Source: Eledone cirrhosa (lineage: Eukaryota). Taken from it: a stretch of DNA of 64,000 nucleotides. A program made the translations under genes and the position numbers. The stretch covers positions 229,152,001 to 229,216,000 of the forward strand of contig OZ024742.1 in assembly GCA_964016885.1 (NCBI GenBank), read 5' to 3'. Below, one piece after another: positions 1 through 18,000 of the stretch. The notes beneath the pieces were generated by a model. It was not told the DNA's origin. It saw nothing but the letters and a program-made list of their open reading frames with translations, and did not search any database. Each line of letters opens with the position of its first letter. Within the stretch, counting starts at the first letter, position 1.

Positions 1-3000
1 TTGTTAACTGTAGCTAAGTAATTATATCATAATACGACACATGTGTACCCCACTGTGATAATCTAGTTAACTGTAGCTAAGTAATTATATCATAATACGA
101 CACATGTGTGACACAACTGTGATAGTCTTGTTAACTGTAGCTAAGTAATTATATCATAATACGACACATCTGTGACACAACTGTGATAATCTTGTTAACT
201 GTAGCTAAGTAATTATATCATAATACGACACATGTGTGTGATACAACTGTGATAATCTTGTTAACTGTAGCTAAGTAATTATATCAGAATACGACACATG
301 TGTGACACAACTGTGATAATCTTGTTAACTGTAGCTAAGTAATTATATCATAATACGACACATGTGTGACACAACTGTGATAATCTTGTTAACTGTAGCT
401 AAGTAATTATATCATAATACGACACATGTGTGACACAACTGTGATAATCTTGTTAACTGTAGCTAAGTAATTATATCATAATACGACACATGTGTGACAC
501 AACTGTGATAATCTTGTCAACTGTAGCTAAGTAATTATATCATAATACGACACATGTGTGACACAACTGTGATAATCTTGTTAACTGTACCTAAGTAATT
601 ATATCATTATACGACACATGTGTGACACAACTGTGATAATCTTGTTAACTGTAGCTAAGTAATTATATCATAATACGACACATGTGTGACACAACTGTGA
701 TAATCTTGTTAACTGTAGCTAAGTAATTATATCATAATACGACACATGTGTGAGAGAGTTGTGATAATCTTGTTAACTGCAGCTAAGTAATTATATCATA
801 ATACGACACATGTGTGACACAACTGTGATAATCTTGTTAACTGTAGCTAAGTAATTATATCATAATACGACACATGTGTGACACAAATGTGATAATCTTG
901 TTAACTGTAGCTAAGTAATTATATCATAATACGACACATGTGTGACACAACTGTGATAATCTTGTTAACTGTAGCTAAGTAATTATATCATAATACGACA
1001 CATGTGTGTGATACAACTGTGATAATCTTGTTAACTGTAGCTAAGTAATTATATCATAATACGACACATGTGTGACACAACTGTGATAATCTTGTTAACT
1101 GTAGCTAAGTAATTATATCATAATACGACACATGTGTGATACAGTTGTGATAATCTTGTTAACTGTAGCTAAGTAATTATATCATAATACGACACATGTG
1201 TGATACAGTTGTGATAATCTTGTTAACTGCAGCTAAGTAATTATATCATAATACGACACATGTGTGTGATACAACTGTGATAATCTTGTTACCTGTAGCT
1301 CAGTAATTATATCATAATACGACACATGTGTGTGATACAGTTGTGATAATCTTGTTAACTGTAGCTAAGTAATTATATCATAATACGACACATGTGTGTG
1401 ATACAGTTGTGATAATCTTGTTAACTGTAGCTAAGTAATTATATCATAATACGACACATGTGTGACACAACTGTGATAATCTTGTTAACTGTAGCTAAGT
1501 AATTATATCATAATACGTCACATGTGTGACACAACTGTGATAATCTTGTTAACTGTAGCTAAGTAATTATATCATAATACGACACATGTGTGACACAACT
1601 GTGATAATCTTGTTAACTGTAGCTAAGTAATTATATCATAATACGACACATGTGTGTGATACAACTGTGATAATCTTGTTAACTGTAGCTAAGTAATTAT
1701 ATCATAATACGACACATGTGTGTGATACAAGTGTGATAATCTTGTTAATTGTAGCTAAGTAATTATATCATAATACGACACATGTGTGTGATACAACTGT
1801 GATAATCTTGTTAACTGTAGCTAAGTAATTATATCTTAATACGACACATGTGTGACACAACTGTGATAATCTTGCTAACTGTAGCTAAGTAATTATATCA
1901 TAATACGACACATGTGTGACACAACTGTGATAATCTTGTTAACTGTAGCTAAGTAATTATATCATAATACGACACATGTGTGACACAACTGTGATAATCT
2001 TGTTAACTGTAGCTAAGTAATTATATCATAATACGACACATGTGTGTGATACAACTGTGATAATCTTGTTAACTGTAGCTAAGTAATTATATCATAATAC
2101 GACACATGTGTGACACAACTGTGATAATCTTGTTAACTGCAGCTAAGTAATTATATCATAATACGACACATGTGTGACACAACTGTGATAATCTTGTTAA
2201 CTGTAGCTAAGTAATTATATCATAATACGACACATGTGTGAAACAACTGTGATAATCTTGTTAACTGTAGCTAAGTAATTATATCATAATACGACACATG
2301 TGTGACACAACTGTGATAATCTTGTTAACTGTAGCTAAGTAATTATATCATAATACGACACATGTGTGACACAACTGTGATAATCTTGTTAACTGTAGCT
2401 ACGTAATTATATCATAATACGACACATGTGTGTGATACAACTGTGATAATCTTGTTAACTGTAGCTAAGTAATTATATCATAATACGACACATGTGTGAC
2501 ACAACTGTGATAATCTTGTTAACTGCAGCTAAGTAATTATATCATAATACGACACATGTGTGACACAACTGTGATAATCTTGTTAACTGTAGCTAAGTAA
2601 TTATATCATAATACGACACATGTGTGACACAACTGTGATAATCTTGTTAACTGTAGCTAAGTAATTATATCATAATACGACACATGTGTGACACAACTGT
2701 GATAATCTTGTCAACTGTAGCTAAGTAATTATATCATAATACGACACATGTGTGTGATACAACTGTGATAATCTTGTTAACTGTAGCTAAGTAATTATAT
2801 CATAATACGACACATGTGTGACACAACTGTGATAATCTTGTTAACTGTAGCTAAGTAATTATATCATAATACGACACATGTGTGACACAACTGTGATAAT
2901 CTTGTTAACTGTAGCTAAGTAATTATATCATAATACGACACATGTGTGACACAACTGTGATAATCTTGTTAACTGTAGCTAAGTAATTATATCATAATAC

Positions 3001-6000
3001 GACACATGTGTGACACAACTGTGATAATCTTGTCAACTGTAGCTAAGTACTTATATCATAATACGACACATGTGTGACACAACTGTGATAATCTTGTTAA
3101 CTGTACCTAAGTAATTATATCATAATACGATACATGTGTGACACAACTGTGATAATCTTGTTAACTGTAGCTAAGTAATTATATCATAATACGACACATG
3201 TGTGACACAACTGTGATAATCTTGTTAACTGTAGCTAAGTAATTATATCATAATACGACACATGTGTGAGAGAGTTGTGATAATCTTGTTAACTGCAGCT
3301 AAGTAATTATATCATAATACGACACATGTGTGACACAACTGTGATAGTCTTGTTAACTGTAGCTAAGTAATTATATCATAATACGACACATGTGTGTGAT
3401 ACAACTGTGATAATCTTGTTAACTGTAGCTAAGTAATTATATCATAATACGACACATGTGTGATACAGTTGTGATAATCTTGTTAACTGCAGCTAAGTAA
3501 TTATATCATAATACGACACATGTGTGTGATACAACTGTGATAATCTTGTTACCTGTAGCTAAGTAATTATATCATAATACGACACATGTGTGTGATACAG
3601 TTGTGATAATCTTGTTAACTGTAGCTAAGTAATTATATCATAATACGACACATGTGTGTGATACAGTTGTGATAATCTTGTTAACTGTAGCTAAGTAATT
3701 ATATCATAATACGACACATGTGTGACACAACTGTGATAATCTTGTTAACTGTAGCTAAGTAATTATATCATAATACGACACATGTGTGACACAACTGTGA
3801 TAATCTTGTTAACTGTAGCTAAGTAATTATATCATAATACGACACATGTGTGAGAGAGTTGTGATAATCTTGTTAACTGCAGCTAAGTAATTATATCATA
3901 ATACGACACATGTGTGACACAACTGGGATAGTCTTGTTAACTGTAGCTAAGTAATTATATCATAATACGACACATGTGTGTGATACAACTGTGATAATCT
4001 TGTTAACTGTAGCTAAGTAATTATATCATAATACGACACATGTGTGATACAGTTGTGATAATCTTGTTAACTGCAGCTAAGTAATTATATCATAATACGA
4101 CACATGTGTGTGATACAACTGTGATAATCTTGTTACCTGTAGCTAAGTAATTATATCATAATACGACACATGTGTGTGATACAGTTGTGATAATCTTGTT
4201 AACTGTAGCTAAGTAATTATATCATAATACGACACATGTGTGTGATACAGTTGTGATAATCTTGTTAACTGTAGCTAAGTAATTATATCATAATACGACA
4301 CATGTGTGACACAACTGTGATAATGTTGTTAACTGTAGATAAGTAATTATATCATAATACGACACATGTGTGACACAACTGTGATAATCTTGTTAACTGT
4401 AGCTAAGTAATTATATCATAATATGTCACATGTGTGACACAACTGTGATAATCTTGTTAACTGTAGCTAAGTAATTATATCATAATACGACACATGTGTG
4501 ACACAACTGTGATAATCTTGTTAACTGTAGCTAAGTAATTATATCATAATACGATACATGTGTGTGATACAACTGTGATAATCTTGTTAACTGTAGCTAA
4601 GTAATTATATCATAATACGACACATGTGTGTGATACAAGTGTGATAATCTTGTTAATTGTAGCTAAGTAATTATATCATAATACGACACATGTGTGTGAT
4701 ACAACTGTGATAATCTTGTTAACTGTAGCTAAGTAATTATATCATAATACAACACATGTGTGACACAAATGTGATAATCTTGTTAACTGTAGCTAAGTAA
4801 TTATATCATAATACGACACATGTGTGACACAACTGTGATAGTCTTGTTAACTGTAGCTAAGTAATTATATCATAATACGACACATGTGTGACACAACTGT
4901 GATAATCTTGTTAACTGTAGCTAAGTAATTATATCATAATACGACACATGTGTGTGATACAACTGTGATAATCTTGTTAACTGTAGCTAAGTAATTATAT
5001 CATAATACGACACATGTGTGACACAACTGTGATAATCTTGTTAACTGCAGCTAAGTAATTATATCATAATACGACACATGTGTGACACAACTGTGATAAT
5101 CTTGTTAACTGTAGCTAAGTAATTATATCATAATACGACACATGTGTGAAACAACTGTGATAATCTTGTTAACTGTAGCTAAGTAATTATATCATAATAC
5201 GACACATGTGTGACACAACTGTGATAATCTTGTTAACTGTAGCTAAGTAATTATATCATAATACGACACATGTGTGACACAACTGTGATAATCTTGTTAA
5301 CTGTAGCTAAGTAATTATATCATAATACGACACATGTGTGTGATACAAGTGTGATAATCTTGTTAACTGTAGCTAAGTAATTATATCATAATACGACACA
5401 TCTGTGACACAACTGTGATAATCTTGTTAACTGTAGCTAAGTAATTATATCGTAATACGACACATGTGTGTGATACAACTGTGATAATCTTGTTAACTGT
5501 AGCTAAGTAATTATATCATAATACGACACATGTGTGACACAACTGTGATAATCTTGTTAACTGTAGCTAAGTAATTATATCATAATACGATACATGTGTG
5601 ACACAACTGTGATAATCTTGTTAACTGTAGCTAAGTAATTATATCATAATACGACACATGTGTGACACAACTGTGATAATCTTGTTAACTGTAGCTAAGT
5701 AATTATATCATAATACGACACATGTGTCACACAACTGTGATAATCTTGTCAACTGTAGCTAAGTAATTATATCATAATACGACACATGTGTGACACAACT
5801 GTGATAATCTTGTTAACTGTACCTAAGTAATTATATCATAATACGACACATGTGTGACACAACTGTGATAATCTTGTTAACTGTAGCTAAGTAATTATAT
5901 CATAATACGACACATGTGTGAGAGAGTTGTGATAATCTTGTTAACTGCAGCTAAGTAATTATATCATAATACGACACATGTGTGACACAACTGTGATAAT

Positions 6001-9000
6001 CTTGTTAACTGTAGCTAAGTAATTATATCATAATACGACACATGTGTGACACAAATGTGATAATCTTGTTAACTGTAGCTAAGTAATTATATCATAATAC
6101 GACACATGTGTGACACAACTGTGATAGTCTTGTTAACTGTAGCTAAGTAATTATATCATAATACGACACATGTGTGACACAACTGTGATAATCTTGTTAA
6201 CTGTAGCTAAGTAATTATATCATAATACGTCACATGTGTGACACAACTGTGATAATCTTGTTAACTGTAGCTAAGTAATTATATCATAATACGACACATG
6301 TGTGACACAACTGTGATAATCTTGTTAACTGTAGCTAAGTAATTATATCATAATACGACACATGTGTGTGATACAACTGTGATAATCTTGTTAACTGTAG
6401 CTAAGTAATTATATCATAATACGACACATGTGTGACACAACTGTGATAATCTTGTTAACTGTAGCTAAGTAATTATATCATAATACGACACATGTGTGTG
6501 ATACAACTGTGATAATCTTGTTAACTGTAGCTAAGTAATTATATCATAATACGACACATGTGTGACACAACTGTGATAATCTTGTTAACTGTAACTAAGT
6601 AATTATATCATAATACGACACATGTGTGACACAACTGTGATAATCTTGTTAACTGTAGCTAAGTAATTATATCATAATACGACACATGTGTGATACAGTT
6701 GTGATAATCTTGTTAACTGTAGCTAAGTAATTATATCATAATACGACACATGTGTGTGATACAAGTGTGATAATCTTGTTAATTGTAGCTAAGTAATTAT
6801 ATCATAATACGACATATGTGTGTGATACAACTGTGATAATCTTGTTAACTGTAGCTAAGTAATTATATCATAATACGACACATGTGTGATACAGTTGTGA
6901 TAATCTTGTTAACTGTAGCTAAGTAATTATATCATAATACGACACATGTGTGTGATACAACTGTGATAATCTTGTTAACTGTAGCTAAGTAATTATATCA
7001 TAATACGACACATGTGTGACACAACTGTGATAATCTTGTTAACTGCAGCTAAGTAATTATATCATAATACGACACATGTGTGACACAACTGTGATAATCT
7101 TGTTAACTGTAGCTAAGTAATTATATCATAATACGACACATGTGTGAAACAACTGTGATAATCTTGTTAACTGTAGCTAAGTAATTATATCATAATACGA
7201 CACATGTGTGACACAACTGTGATAATCTTGTTAACTGTAGCTAAGTAATTATATCATAATACGACACATGTGTGACACAACTGTGATAATCTTGTTAACT
7301 GTAGCTAAGTAATTATATCATAATACGACACATGTGTGTGATACAAGTGTGATAATCTTGTTAATTGTAGCTAAGTAATTATATCATAATACGACACATG
7401 TGTGACACAACTGTGATAGTCTTGTTAACTGTAGCTAAGTAATTATATCATAATACGACACATCTGTGACACAACTGTGATAATCTTGTTAACTGTAGCT
7501 AAGTAATTATATCGTAATACGACACATGTGTGTGATACAACTGTGATAATCTTGTTAACTGTAGCTAAGTAATTATATCATAATACGACACATGTGTGAC
7601 ACAACTGTGATAATCTTGTTAACTGTAGCTAAGTAATTATATCATAATACGATACATGTGTGACACAACTGTGATAATCTTGTTAACTGTAGCTAAGTAA
7701 TTATATCATAATACGACACATGTGTGACACAACTGTGATAATCTTGTTAACTGTAGCTAAGTAATTATATCATAATACGACACATGTGTCACACAACTGT
7801 GATAATCTTGTCAACTGTAGCTAAGTAATTATATCATAATACGACACATGTGTGACACAACTGTGATAATCTTGTTAACTGTACCTAAGTAATTATATCA
7901 TAATACGACACATGTGTGACACAACTGTGATAATCTTGTTAACTGTAGCTAAGTAATTATATCATAATACGACACATGTGTGAGAGAGTTGTGATAATCT
8001 TGTTAACTGCAGCTAAGTAATTATATCATAATACGACACATGTGTGACACAACTGTGATAATCTTGTTAACTGTAGCTAAGTAATTATATCATAATACGA
8101 CACATGTGTGACACAAATGTGATAATCTTGTTAACTGTAGCTAAGTAATTATATCATAATACGACACATGTGTGACACAACTGTGATAGTCTTGTTAACT
8201 GTAGCTAAGTAATTATATCATAATACGACACATGTGTGACACAACTGTGATAATCTTGTTAACTGTAGCTAAGTAATTATATCATAATACGTCACATGTG
8301 TGACACAACTGTGATAATCTTGTTAACTGTAGCTAAGTAATTATATCATAATACGACACATGTGTGACACAACTGTGATAATCTTGTTAACTGTAGCTAA
8401 GTAATTATATCATAATACGACACATGTGTGTGATACAACTGTGATAATCTTGTTAACTGTAGCTAAGTAATTATATCATAATACGACACATGTGTGACAC
8501 AACTGTGATAATCTTGTTAACTGTAGCTAAGTAATTATATCATAATACGACACATGTGTGTGATACAACTGTGATAATCTTGTTAACTGTAGCTAAGTAA
8601 TTATATCATAATACGACACATGTGTGACACAACTGTGATAATCTTGTTAACTGTAACTAAGTAATTATATCATAATACGACACATGTGTGACACAACTGT
8701 GATAATCTTGTTAACTGTAGCTAAGTAATTATATCATAATACGACACATGTGTGATACAGTTGTGATAATCTTGTTAACTGTAGCTAAGTAATTATATCA
8801 TAATACGACACATGTGTGTGATACAAGTGTGATAATCTTGTTAATTGTAGCTAAGTAATTATATCATAATACGACATATGTGTGTGATACAACTGTGATA
8901 ATCTTGTTAACTGTAGCTAAGTAATTATATCATAATACGACACATGTGTGATACAGTTGTGATAATCTTGTTAACTGTAGCTAATTAATTATATCATAAT

Positions 9001-12000
9001 ACGACACATGTGTGTGATACAACTGTGATAATCTTGTTAACTTTAGCTAAGTAATTATATCATAATACGATACATTTGTGACACAACTGTGATAATCTTG
9101 TTAACTGTAGCTAAGTAATTATATCATAATACGACACATGTGTGTGATACAACTGTGATAATCTTGTTAACTGTAGCTAAGTAATTATATCATAATACGA
9201 CACATGTGTGACACAACTGTGATAATCTTGTTAACTGTAGCTAAGTAATTATATCATAATACGACACACGTGTGACACAACTGTGATAATCTTGTTAACT
9301 GTAGCTAAGTAATTATATCATAATACGACACATGTGTGATACAGTTGTGATAATCTTGTTAACTGTAGCTAAGTAATTATATCATAATACGACACATGTG
9401 TGTGATACAAGTGTGATAATCTTGTTAATTGTAGCTAAGTAATTATATCATAATACGACACATGTGTGTGATACAACTGTGATAATCTTGTTAACTGTAG
9501 CTAAGTAATTATATCATAATACGACACATGTGTGATACAGTTGTGATAATCTTGTCAACTGTTGCTAATTAATTATATCATAATACGACACATGTGTGTG
9601 ATACAACTGTGATAATCTTGTTAACTTTAGCTAAGTAATTATATCATAATACGATACATTTGTGACACAACTGTGATAATCTTGTTAACTGTAGCTAAGT
9701 AATTATATCATAATACGTCACATGTGTGACACAACTGTGATAATCTTGTTAACTGTAGCTAAGTAATTATATCATAATACGACACATGTGTGACACAACT
9801 GTGATAATCTTGTTAACTGTAGCTAAGTAATTATATCATAATACGACACATGTGTGACACAACTGTGATAGTCTTGTTAACTGTAGCTAAGTAATTATAT
9901 CATAATACGACACATGTGTGACACAACTGTGATAATCTTGTTAACTGTAGCTAAGTAATTATATCATAATACGACACATGTGTGACACAACTGTGATAAT
10001 CTTGTTAACTGTAGCTAAGTAATTATATCATAATACGTCACATGTGTGACACAACTGTGATAATCTTGTTAACTGTAGCTAAGTAATTATATCATAATAC
10101 GACACATGTGTGACACAACTGTGATAATCTTGTTAACTGTAGCTAAGTAATTATATCATAATACGACACATGTGTGACACAACTGTGATAGTCTTGTTAA
10201 CTGTAGCTAAGTAATTATATCATAATACGACACATGTGTGACACAACTGTGATAATCTTGTTAACTGTAGCTAAGTAATTATATCATAATACGACACATG
10301 TGTGTGATACAACTGTGATAATCTTGTTAACTGTAGCTAAGTAATTATATCATAATACGACACATGTGTGACACAACTGTGATAATCTTGTTAACTGTAG
10401 CTAAGTAATTATATCATAATACGACACATGTGTGTGATACAACTGTGATAATCTTGTTAACTGTAGCTAAGTAATTATATCATAATACGACACATGTGTG
10501 ACACAACTGTGATAGTCTTGTTAACTGTAGCTAAGTAATTATATCATAATACGACACATGTGTGACACAACTGTGATAATCTTGTTAACTGTAGCTAAGT
10601 AATTATATCATAATACGACACATGTGTGTGATACAACTGTGATAATCTTGTTAACTGTAGCTAAGTAATTATATCATAATACGACACATGTGTGACACAA
10701 CTGTGATAATCTTGTTAACTGTAGCTAAGTAATTATATCATAATACGACACATGTGTGTGATACAACTGTGATAATCTTGTTAACTGTAGCTAAGTAATT
10801 ATATCATAATACGACACATGTGTGACACAACTGTGATAATCTTGTTAACTGTAGCTAAGTAATTATATCATAATACGACACATGTGTGATACAGTTGTGA
10901 TAATCTTGTTAACTGTAGCTAAGTAATTATATCATAATACGACACATGTGTGTGATACAACTGTGATAATCTTGTTAACTGTAGCTAAGTAATTATATCA
11001 TAATACGACACATGTGTGACACAACTGTGATAGTCTTGTTAACTGTAGCTAAGTAATTATATCACAATACGACACATGTGTGACACAACTGTGATAATCT
11101 TGTTAACTGTAGCTAAGTAATTATATCATAATACGACACATGTGTGATACAGTTGTGATAATCTTGTTAACTGCAGCTAAGTAATTATATCATAATACGA
11201 CACATGTGTGATACAGTTGTGATAATCTTGTTAACTGCAGCTAAGTAATTATATCATAATACGACACATGTGTGATACAGTTGTGATAATCTTGTTAACT
11301 GTAGCTAAGTAATTATATCATAATACGACACATGTGTGATACAGTTGTCATAATCTTGTTAACTGCAGCTAAGTAATTATATCACAATACGACACATGTG
11401 TGATACAGTTGTGATAATCTTGTTAACTGCAGCTAAGTAATTATATCATAATACGACACATGTGTGTGATACAGTTGTGATAATCTTGTTAACTGCAGCT
11501 AAGTAATTATATCATAATACGACACATGTGTGATACAGTTGTGATAATCTTGTTAACTGCAGCTAAGTAATTATATCATAATACGACACATGTGTGATAC
11601 AGTTGTGATAATCTTGTTAACTGTAGCTAAGTAATTATATCATAATACGACACATGTGTGTGATACAAGTGTGATGATCTTGTTAATTGTAGCTAACTAA
11701 TTATATCATAATACGACACATGTGTGTGATACAACTGTGATAATCTTGTTAACTGTAGCTAAGTAATTATATCATAATACGACACATGTGTGACACAACT
11801 GTGATAATCTTGTTAACTGTAGCTAAGTAATTATATCATAATACGACACATGTGTGATACAGTTGTGATAATCTTGTCAACTGTAGCTAATTAATTATAT
11901 CATAATACGACACATGTGTGTGATACAACTGTGATAATCTTGTTAACTTTAGCTAAGTAATTATATCATAATACTATACATTTGTGACACAACTGTGATA

Positions 12001-15000
12001 ATCTTGTTAACTGTAGCTAAGTAATTATATCATAATACGTCACATGTGTGACACAACTGTGATAATCTTGTTAACTGTAGCTAAGTAATTATATCATAAT
12101 ACGACACATGTGTGACACAACTGTGATAATCTTGTTAACTGTAGCTAAGTAATTATATCATAATACGACACATGTGTGACACAACTGTGATAGTCTTGTT
12201 AACTGTAGCTAAGTAATTATATCATAATACGACACATGTGTGACACAACTGTGATAATCTTGTTAACTGTAGCTAAGTAATTATATCATAATACGACACA
12301 TGTGTGACACAACTGTGATAGTCTTGTTAACTGTAGCTAAGTAATTATATCATAATACGACACATGTGTGACACAACTGTGATAATCTTGTTAACTGTAG
12401 CTAAGTAATTATATCATAATACGACACATGTGTGTGATACAACTGTGATAATCTTGTTAACTGTAGCTAAGTAATTATATCATAATACGACACATGTGTG
12501 ACACAACTGTGATAATCTTGTTAACTGTAGCTAAGTAATTATATCATAATACGACACATGTGTGTGATACAACTGTGATAATCTTGTTAACTGTAGCTAA
12601 GTAATTATATCATAATACGACACATGTGTGACACAACTGTGATAGTCTTGTTAACTGTAGCTAAGTAATTATATCATAATACGACACATGTGTGACACAA
12701 CTGTGATAATCTTGTTAACTGTAGCTAAGTAATTATATCATAATACGACACATGTGTGTGATACAACTGTGATAATCTTGTTAACTGTAGCTAAGTAATT
12801 ATATCATAATACGACACATGTGTGACACAACTGTGATAATCTTGTTAACTGTAGCTAAGTAATTATATCATAATACGACACATGTGTGTGATACAACTGT
12901 GATAATCTTGTTAACTGTAGCTAAGTAATTATATCATAATACGACACATGTGTGACACAACTGTGATAATCTTGTTAACTGTAGCTAAGTAATTATATCA
13001 TAATACGACACATGTGTGATACAGTTGTGATAATCTTGTTAACTGTAGCTAAGTAATTATATCATAATACGACACATGTGTGTGATACAACTGTGATAAT
13101 CTTGTTAACTGTAGCTAAGTAATTATATCATAATACGACACCTGTGTGACACAACTGTGATAGTCTTGTTAACTGTAGCTAAGTAATTATATCACAATAC
13201 GACACATGTGTGACACAACTGTGATAATCTTGTTAACTGTAGCTAAGTAATTATATCATAATACGACACATGTGTGATACAGTTGTGATAATCTTGTTAA
13301 CTGCAGCTAAGTAATTATATCATAATACGACACATGTGTGATACAGTTGTGATAATCTTGTTAACTGCAGCTAAGTAATTATATCATAATACGACACATG
13401 TGTGATACAGTTGTGATAATCTTGTTAACTGTAGCTAAGTAATTATATCATAATACGACACATGTGTGATACAGTTGTCATAATCTTGTTAACTGCAGCT
13501 AAGTAATTATATCACAATACGACACATGTGTGATACAGTTGTGATAATCTTGTTAACTGCAGCTAAGTAATTATATCATAATACGACACATGTGTGTGAT
13601 ACAGTTGTGATAATCTTGTTAACTGCAGCTAAGTAATTATATCATAATACGACACATGTGTGATACAGTTGTGATAATCTTGTTAACTGCAGCTAAGTAA
13701 TTATATCATAATACGACACATGTGTGATACAGTTGTGATAATCTTGTTAACTGTAGCTAAGTAATTATATCATAATACGACACATGTGTGTGATACAAGT
13801 GTGATGATCTTGTTAATTGTAGCTAACTAATTATATCATAATACGACACATGTGTGTGATACAACTGTGATAATCTTGTTAACTGTAGCTAAGTAATTAT
13901 ATCATAATACGACACATGTGTGACACAACTGTGATAATCTTGTTAACTGTAGCTAAGTAATTATATCATAATACGACACATGTGTGATACAGTTGTGATA
14001 ATCTTGTCAACTGTAGCTAATTAATTATATCATAATACGACACATGTGTGTGATACAACTGTGATAATCTTGTTAACTTTAGCTAAGTAATTATATCATA
14101 ATACTATACATTTGTGACACAACTGTGATAATCTTGTTAACTGTAGCTAAGTAATTATATCATAATACGTCACATGTGTGACACAACTGTGATAATCTTG
14201 TTAACTGTAGCTAAGTAATTATATCATAATACGACACATGTGTGACACAACTGTGATAATCTTGTTAACTGTAGCTAAGTAATTATATCATAATACGACA
14301 CATGTGTGACACAACTGTGATAGTCTTGTTAACTGTAGCTAAGTAATTATATCATAATACGACACATGTGTGACACAACTGTGATAATCTTGTTAACTGT
14401 AGCTAAGTAATTATATCATAATACGAGACATGTGTGACACAACTGTGATAGTCTTGTTAACTGTAGCTAAGTAATTATATCATAATACGACACATGTGTG
14501 TGATACAACTGTGATAATCTTGTTAACTGTAGCTAAGTAATTATATCATAATACGACACATGTGTGACACAACTGTGATAGTCTTGTTAACTGTAGCTAA
14601 GTAATTATATCATAATACGACACATGTGTGACACAACTGTGATAATCTTATTAACTGTAGCTAAGTAATTATATCATAATACGACACATGTGTGTGATAC
14701 AACTGTGATAATCTTGTTAACTGTAGCTAAGTAATTATATCATAATACGACACATGTGTGACACAACTGTGATAATCTTGTTAACTGTAGCTAAGTAATT
14801 ATATCATAATACGACACATGTGTGTGATACAACTGTGATAATCTTGTTAACTGTAGCTAAGTAATTATATCATAATACGACACATGTGTGACACAACTGT
14901 GATAATCTTGTTAACTGTAGCTAAGTAATTATATCATAATACGACACATGTGTGATACAGTTGTGATAATCTTGTTAACTGTAGCTAAGTAATTATATCA

Positions 15001-18000
15001 TAATACGACACATGTGTGTGATACAACTGTGATAATCTTGTTAACTGTAGCTAAGAAATTATATCATAATACGACACATGTGTGACACAACTGTGATAGT
15101 CTTGTTAACTGTAGCTAAGTAATTATATCACAATACGACACATGTGTGACACAACTGTGATAATCTTGTTAACTGTAGCTAAGTAATTATATCATAATAC
15201 GACACATGTGTGTGATACAACTGTGATAATCTTGTTAACTGTAGCTAAGTAATTATATCATAATACGACACATGTGTGATACAGTTGTCATAATCTTGTT
15301 AACTGCAGCTAAGTAATTATATCACAATACGACACATGTGTGATACAGTTGTGATAATCTTGTTAACTGCAGCTAAGTAATTATATCATAATACGACACA
15401 TGTGTGTGATACAGTTGTGATAATCTTGTTAACTGCAGCTAAGTAATTATATCATAATACGACACATGTGTGATACAGTTGTGATAATCTTGTTAACTGT
15501 AGCTAAGTAATTATATCATAATACGACACATGTGTGATACAGTTGTGATGATCTTGTTAACTGCAGCTAAGTAATTATATCATAATACGACACATGTGTG
15601 ATACAGTTGTGATAATCTTGTTAACTGCAGCTAAGTAATTATATCATAATACGACACATGTGTGATACAGTTGTGATAATCTTGTTAACTGTAGCTAAGT
15701 AATTATATCATAATACGACACATGTGTGTGATACAAGTGTGATGATCTTGTTAATTGTAGCTAACTAATTATATCATAATACGACACATGTGTGTGATAC
15801 AACTGTGATAATCTTGTTAACTGTAGCTAAGTAATTATATCATAATACGACACATGTGTGACACAACTGTGATAATCTTGTTAACTGTAGCTAAGTAATT
15901 ATATCATAATACGACACATGTGTGATACAGTTGTGATAATCTTGTCAACTGTAGCTAATTAATTATATCATAATACGACACATGTGTGTGATACAACTGT
16001 GATAATGTTGTTAACTTTAGCTAAGTAATTATATCATAATACTATACATTTGTGACACAACTGTGATAATCTTGTTAACTGTAGCTAAGTAATTATATCA
16101 TAATACGTCACATGTGTGACACAACTGTGATAATCTTGTTAACTGTAGCTAAGTAATTATATCATAATACGACACATGTGTGACACAACTGTGATAATCT
16201 TGTTAACTGTAGCTAAGTAATTATATCATAATACGACACATGTGTGACACAACTGTGATAGTCTTGTTAACTGTAGCTAAGTAATTATATCATAATACGA
16301 CACATGTGTGACACAACTGTGATAATCTTGTTAACTGTAGCTAAGTAATTATATCATAATACGACACATGTGTGACACAACTGTGATAGTCTTGTTAACT
16401 GTAGCTAAGTAATTATATCATAATACGACACATGTGTGTGATACAACTGTGATAATCTTGTTAACTGTAGCTAAGTAATTATATCATAAATCGACACATG
16501 TGTGACACAACTGTGATAGTCTTGTTAACTGTAGCTAAGTAATTATATCATAATACGACACATGTGTGACACAACTGTGATAATCTTATTAACTGTAGCT
16601 AAGTAATTATATCATAATACGACACATGTGTGTGATACAACTGTGATAATCTTGTTAACTGTAGCTAAGTAATTATATCATAATACGACACATGTGTGAC
16701 ACAACTGTGATAATCTTGTTAACTGTAGCTAAGTAATTATATCATAATACGACACATGTGTGTGATACAACTGTGATAATCTTGTTAACTGTAGCTAAGT
16801 AATTATATCATAATACGACACATGTGTGACACAACTGTGATAATCTTGTTAACTGTAGCTAAGTAATTATATCATAATACGACACATGTGTGATACAGTT
16901 GTGATAATCTTGTTAACTGTAGCTAAGTAATTATATCATAATACGACACATGTGTGTGATACAACTGTGATAATCTTGTTAACTGTAGCTAAGAAATTAT
17001 ATCATAATACGACACATGTGTGACACAACTGTGATAGTCTTGTTAACTGTAGCTAAGTAATTATATCACAATACGACACATGTGTGACACAACTGTGATA
17101 ATCTTGTTAACTGTAGCTAAGTAATTATATCATAATACGACACATGTGTGATACAGTTGTGATAATCTTGTTAACTGCAGCTAAGTAATTATATCATAAT
17201 ACGACACATGTGTGATACAGTTGTGATAATCTTGTTAACTGCAGCTAAGTAATTATATCATAATACGACACATGTGTGATACAGTTGTGATAATCTTGTT
17301 AACTGTAGCTAAGTAATTATATCATAATACGACACATGTGTGTGATACACCTGTGATAATCTTGTTAACTGTAGCTAAGTAATTATATCATAATACGACA
17401 CATGTGTGACACAACTGTGATAATCTGGTTAACTGTAGCTAAGTAATTATATCATAATACGACACATGTGTGACACAACTGTGATAATCTTGTTAACTGT
17501 AGCTAAGTAATTATATCATAATACGACACATGTGTGACACAACTGTGATAATCTTGTTAACTGTAGCTAAGTAATTATATCATAATACGACACATGTGTG
17601 ATACAGTTGTGATAATCTTGTTAACTGTAGCTAAGTAATTATATCATAATACGACACATGTGTGTGATACAACTGTGATAATCTTGTTAACTGTAGCTAA
17701 GTAATTATATCATAATACGACACATGTGTGACACAACTGTGATAATCTTGTTAACTGTAGCTAAGTAATTATATCATAATACGACACATGTGTGATACAG
17801 TTGTGATAATCTTGTCAACTGTAGCTAATTAATTATATCATAATACGACACATGTGTGTGATACAACTGTGATAATCTTGTTAACTTTAGCTAAGTAATT
17901 ATATCATAATACGATACATTTGTGACACAACTGTGATAATCTTGTTAACTGTAGCTAAGTAATTATATCATAATACGTCACATGTGTGACACAACTGTGA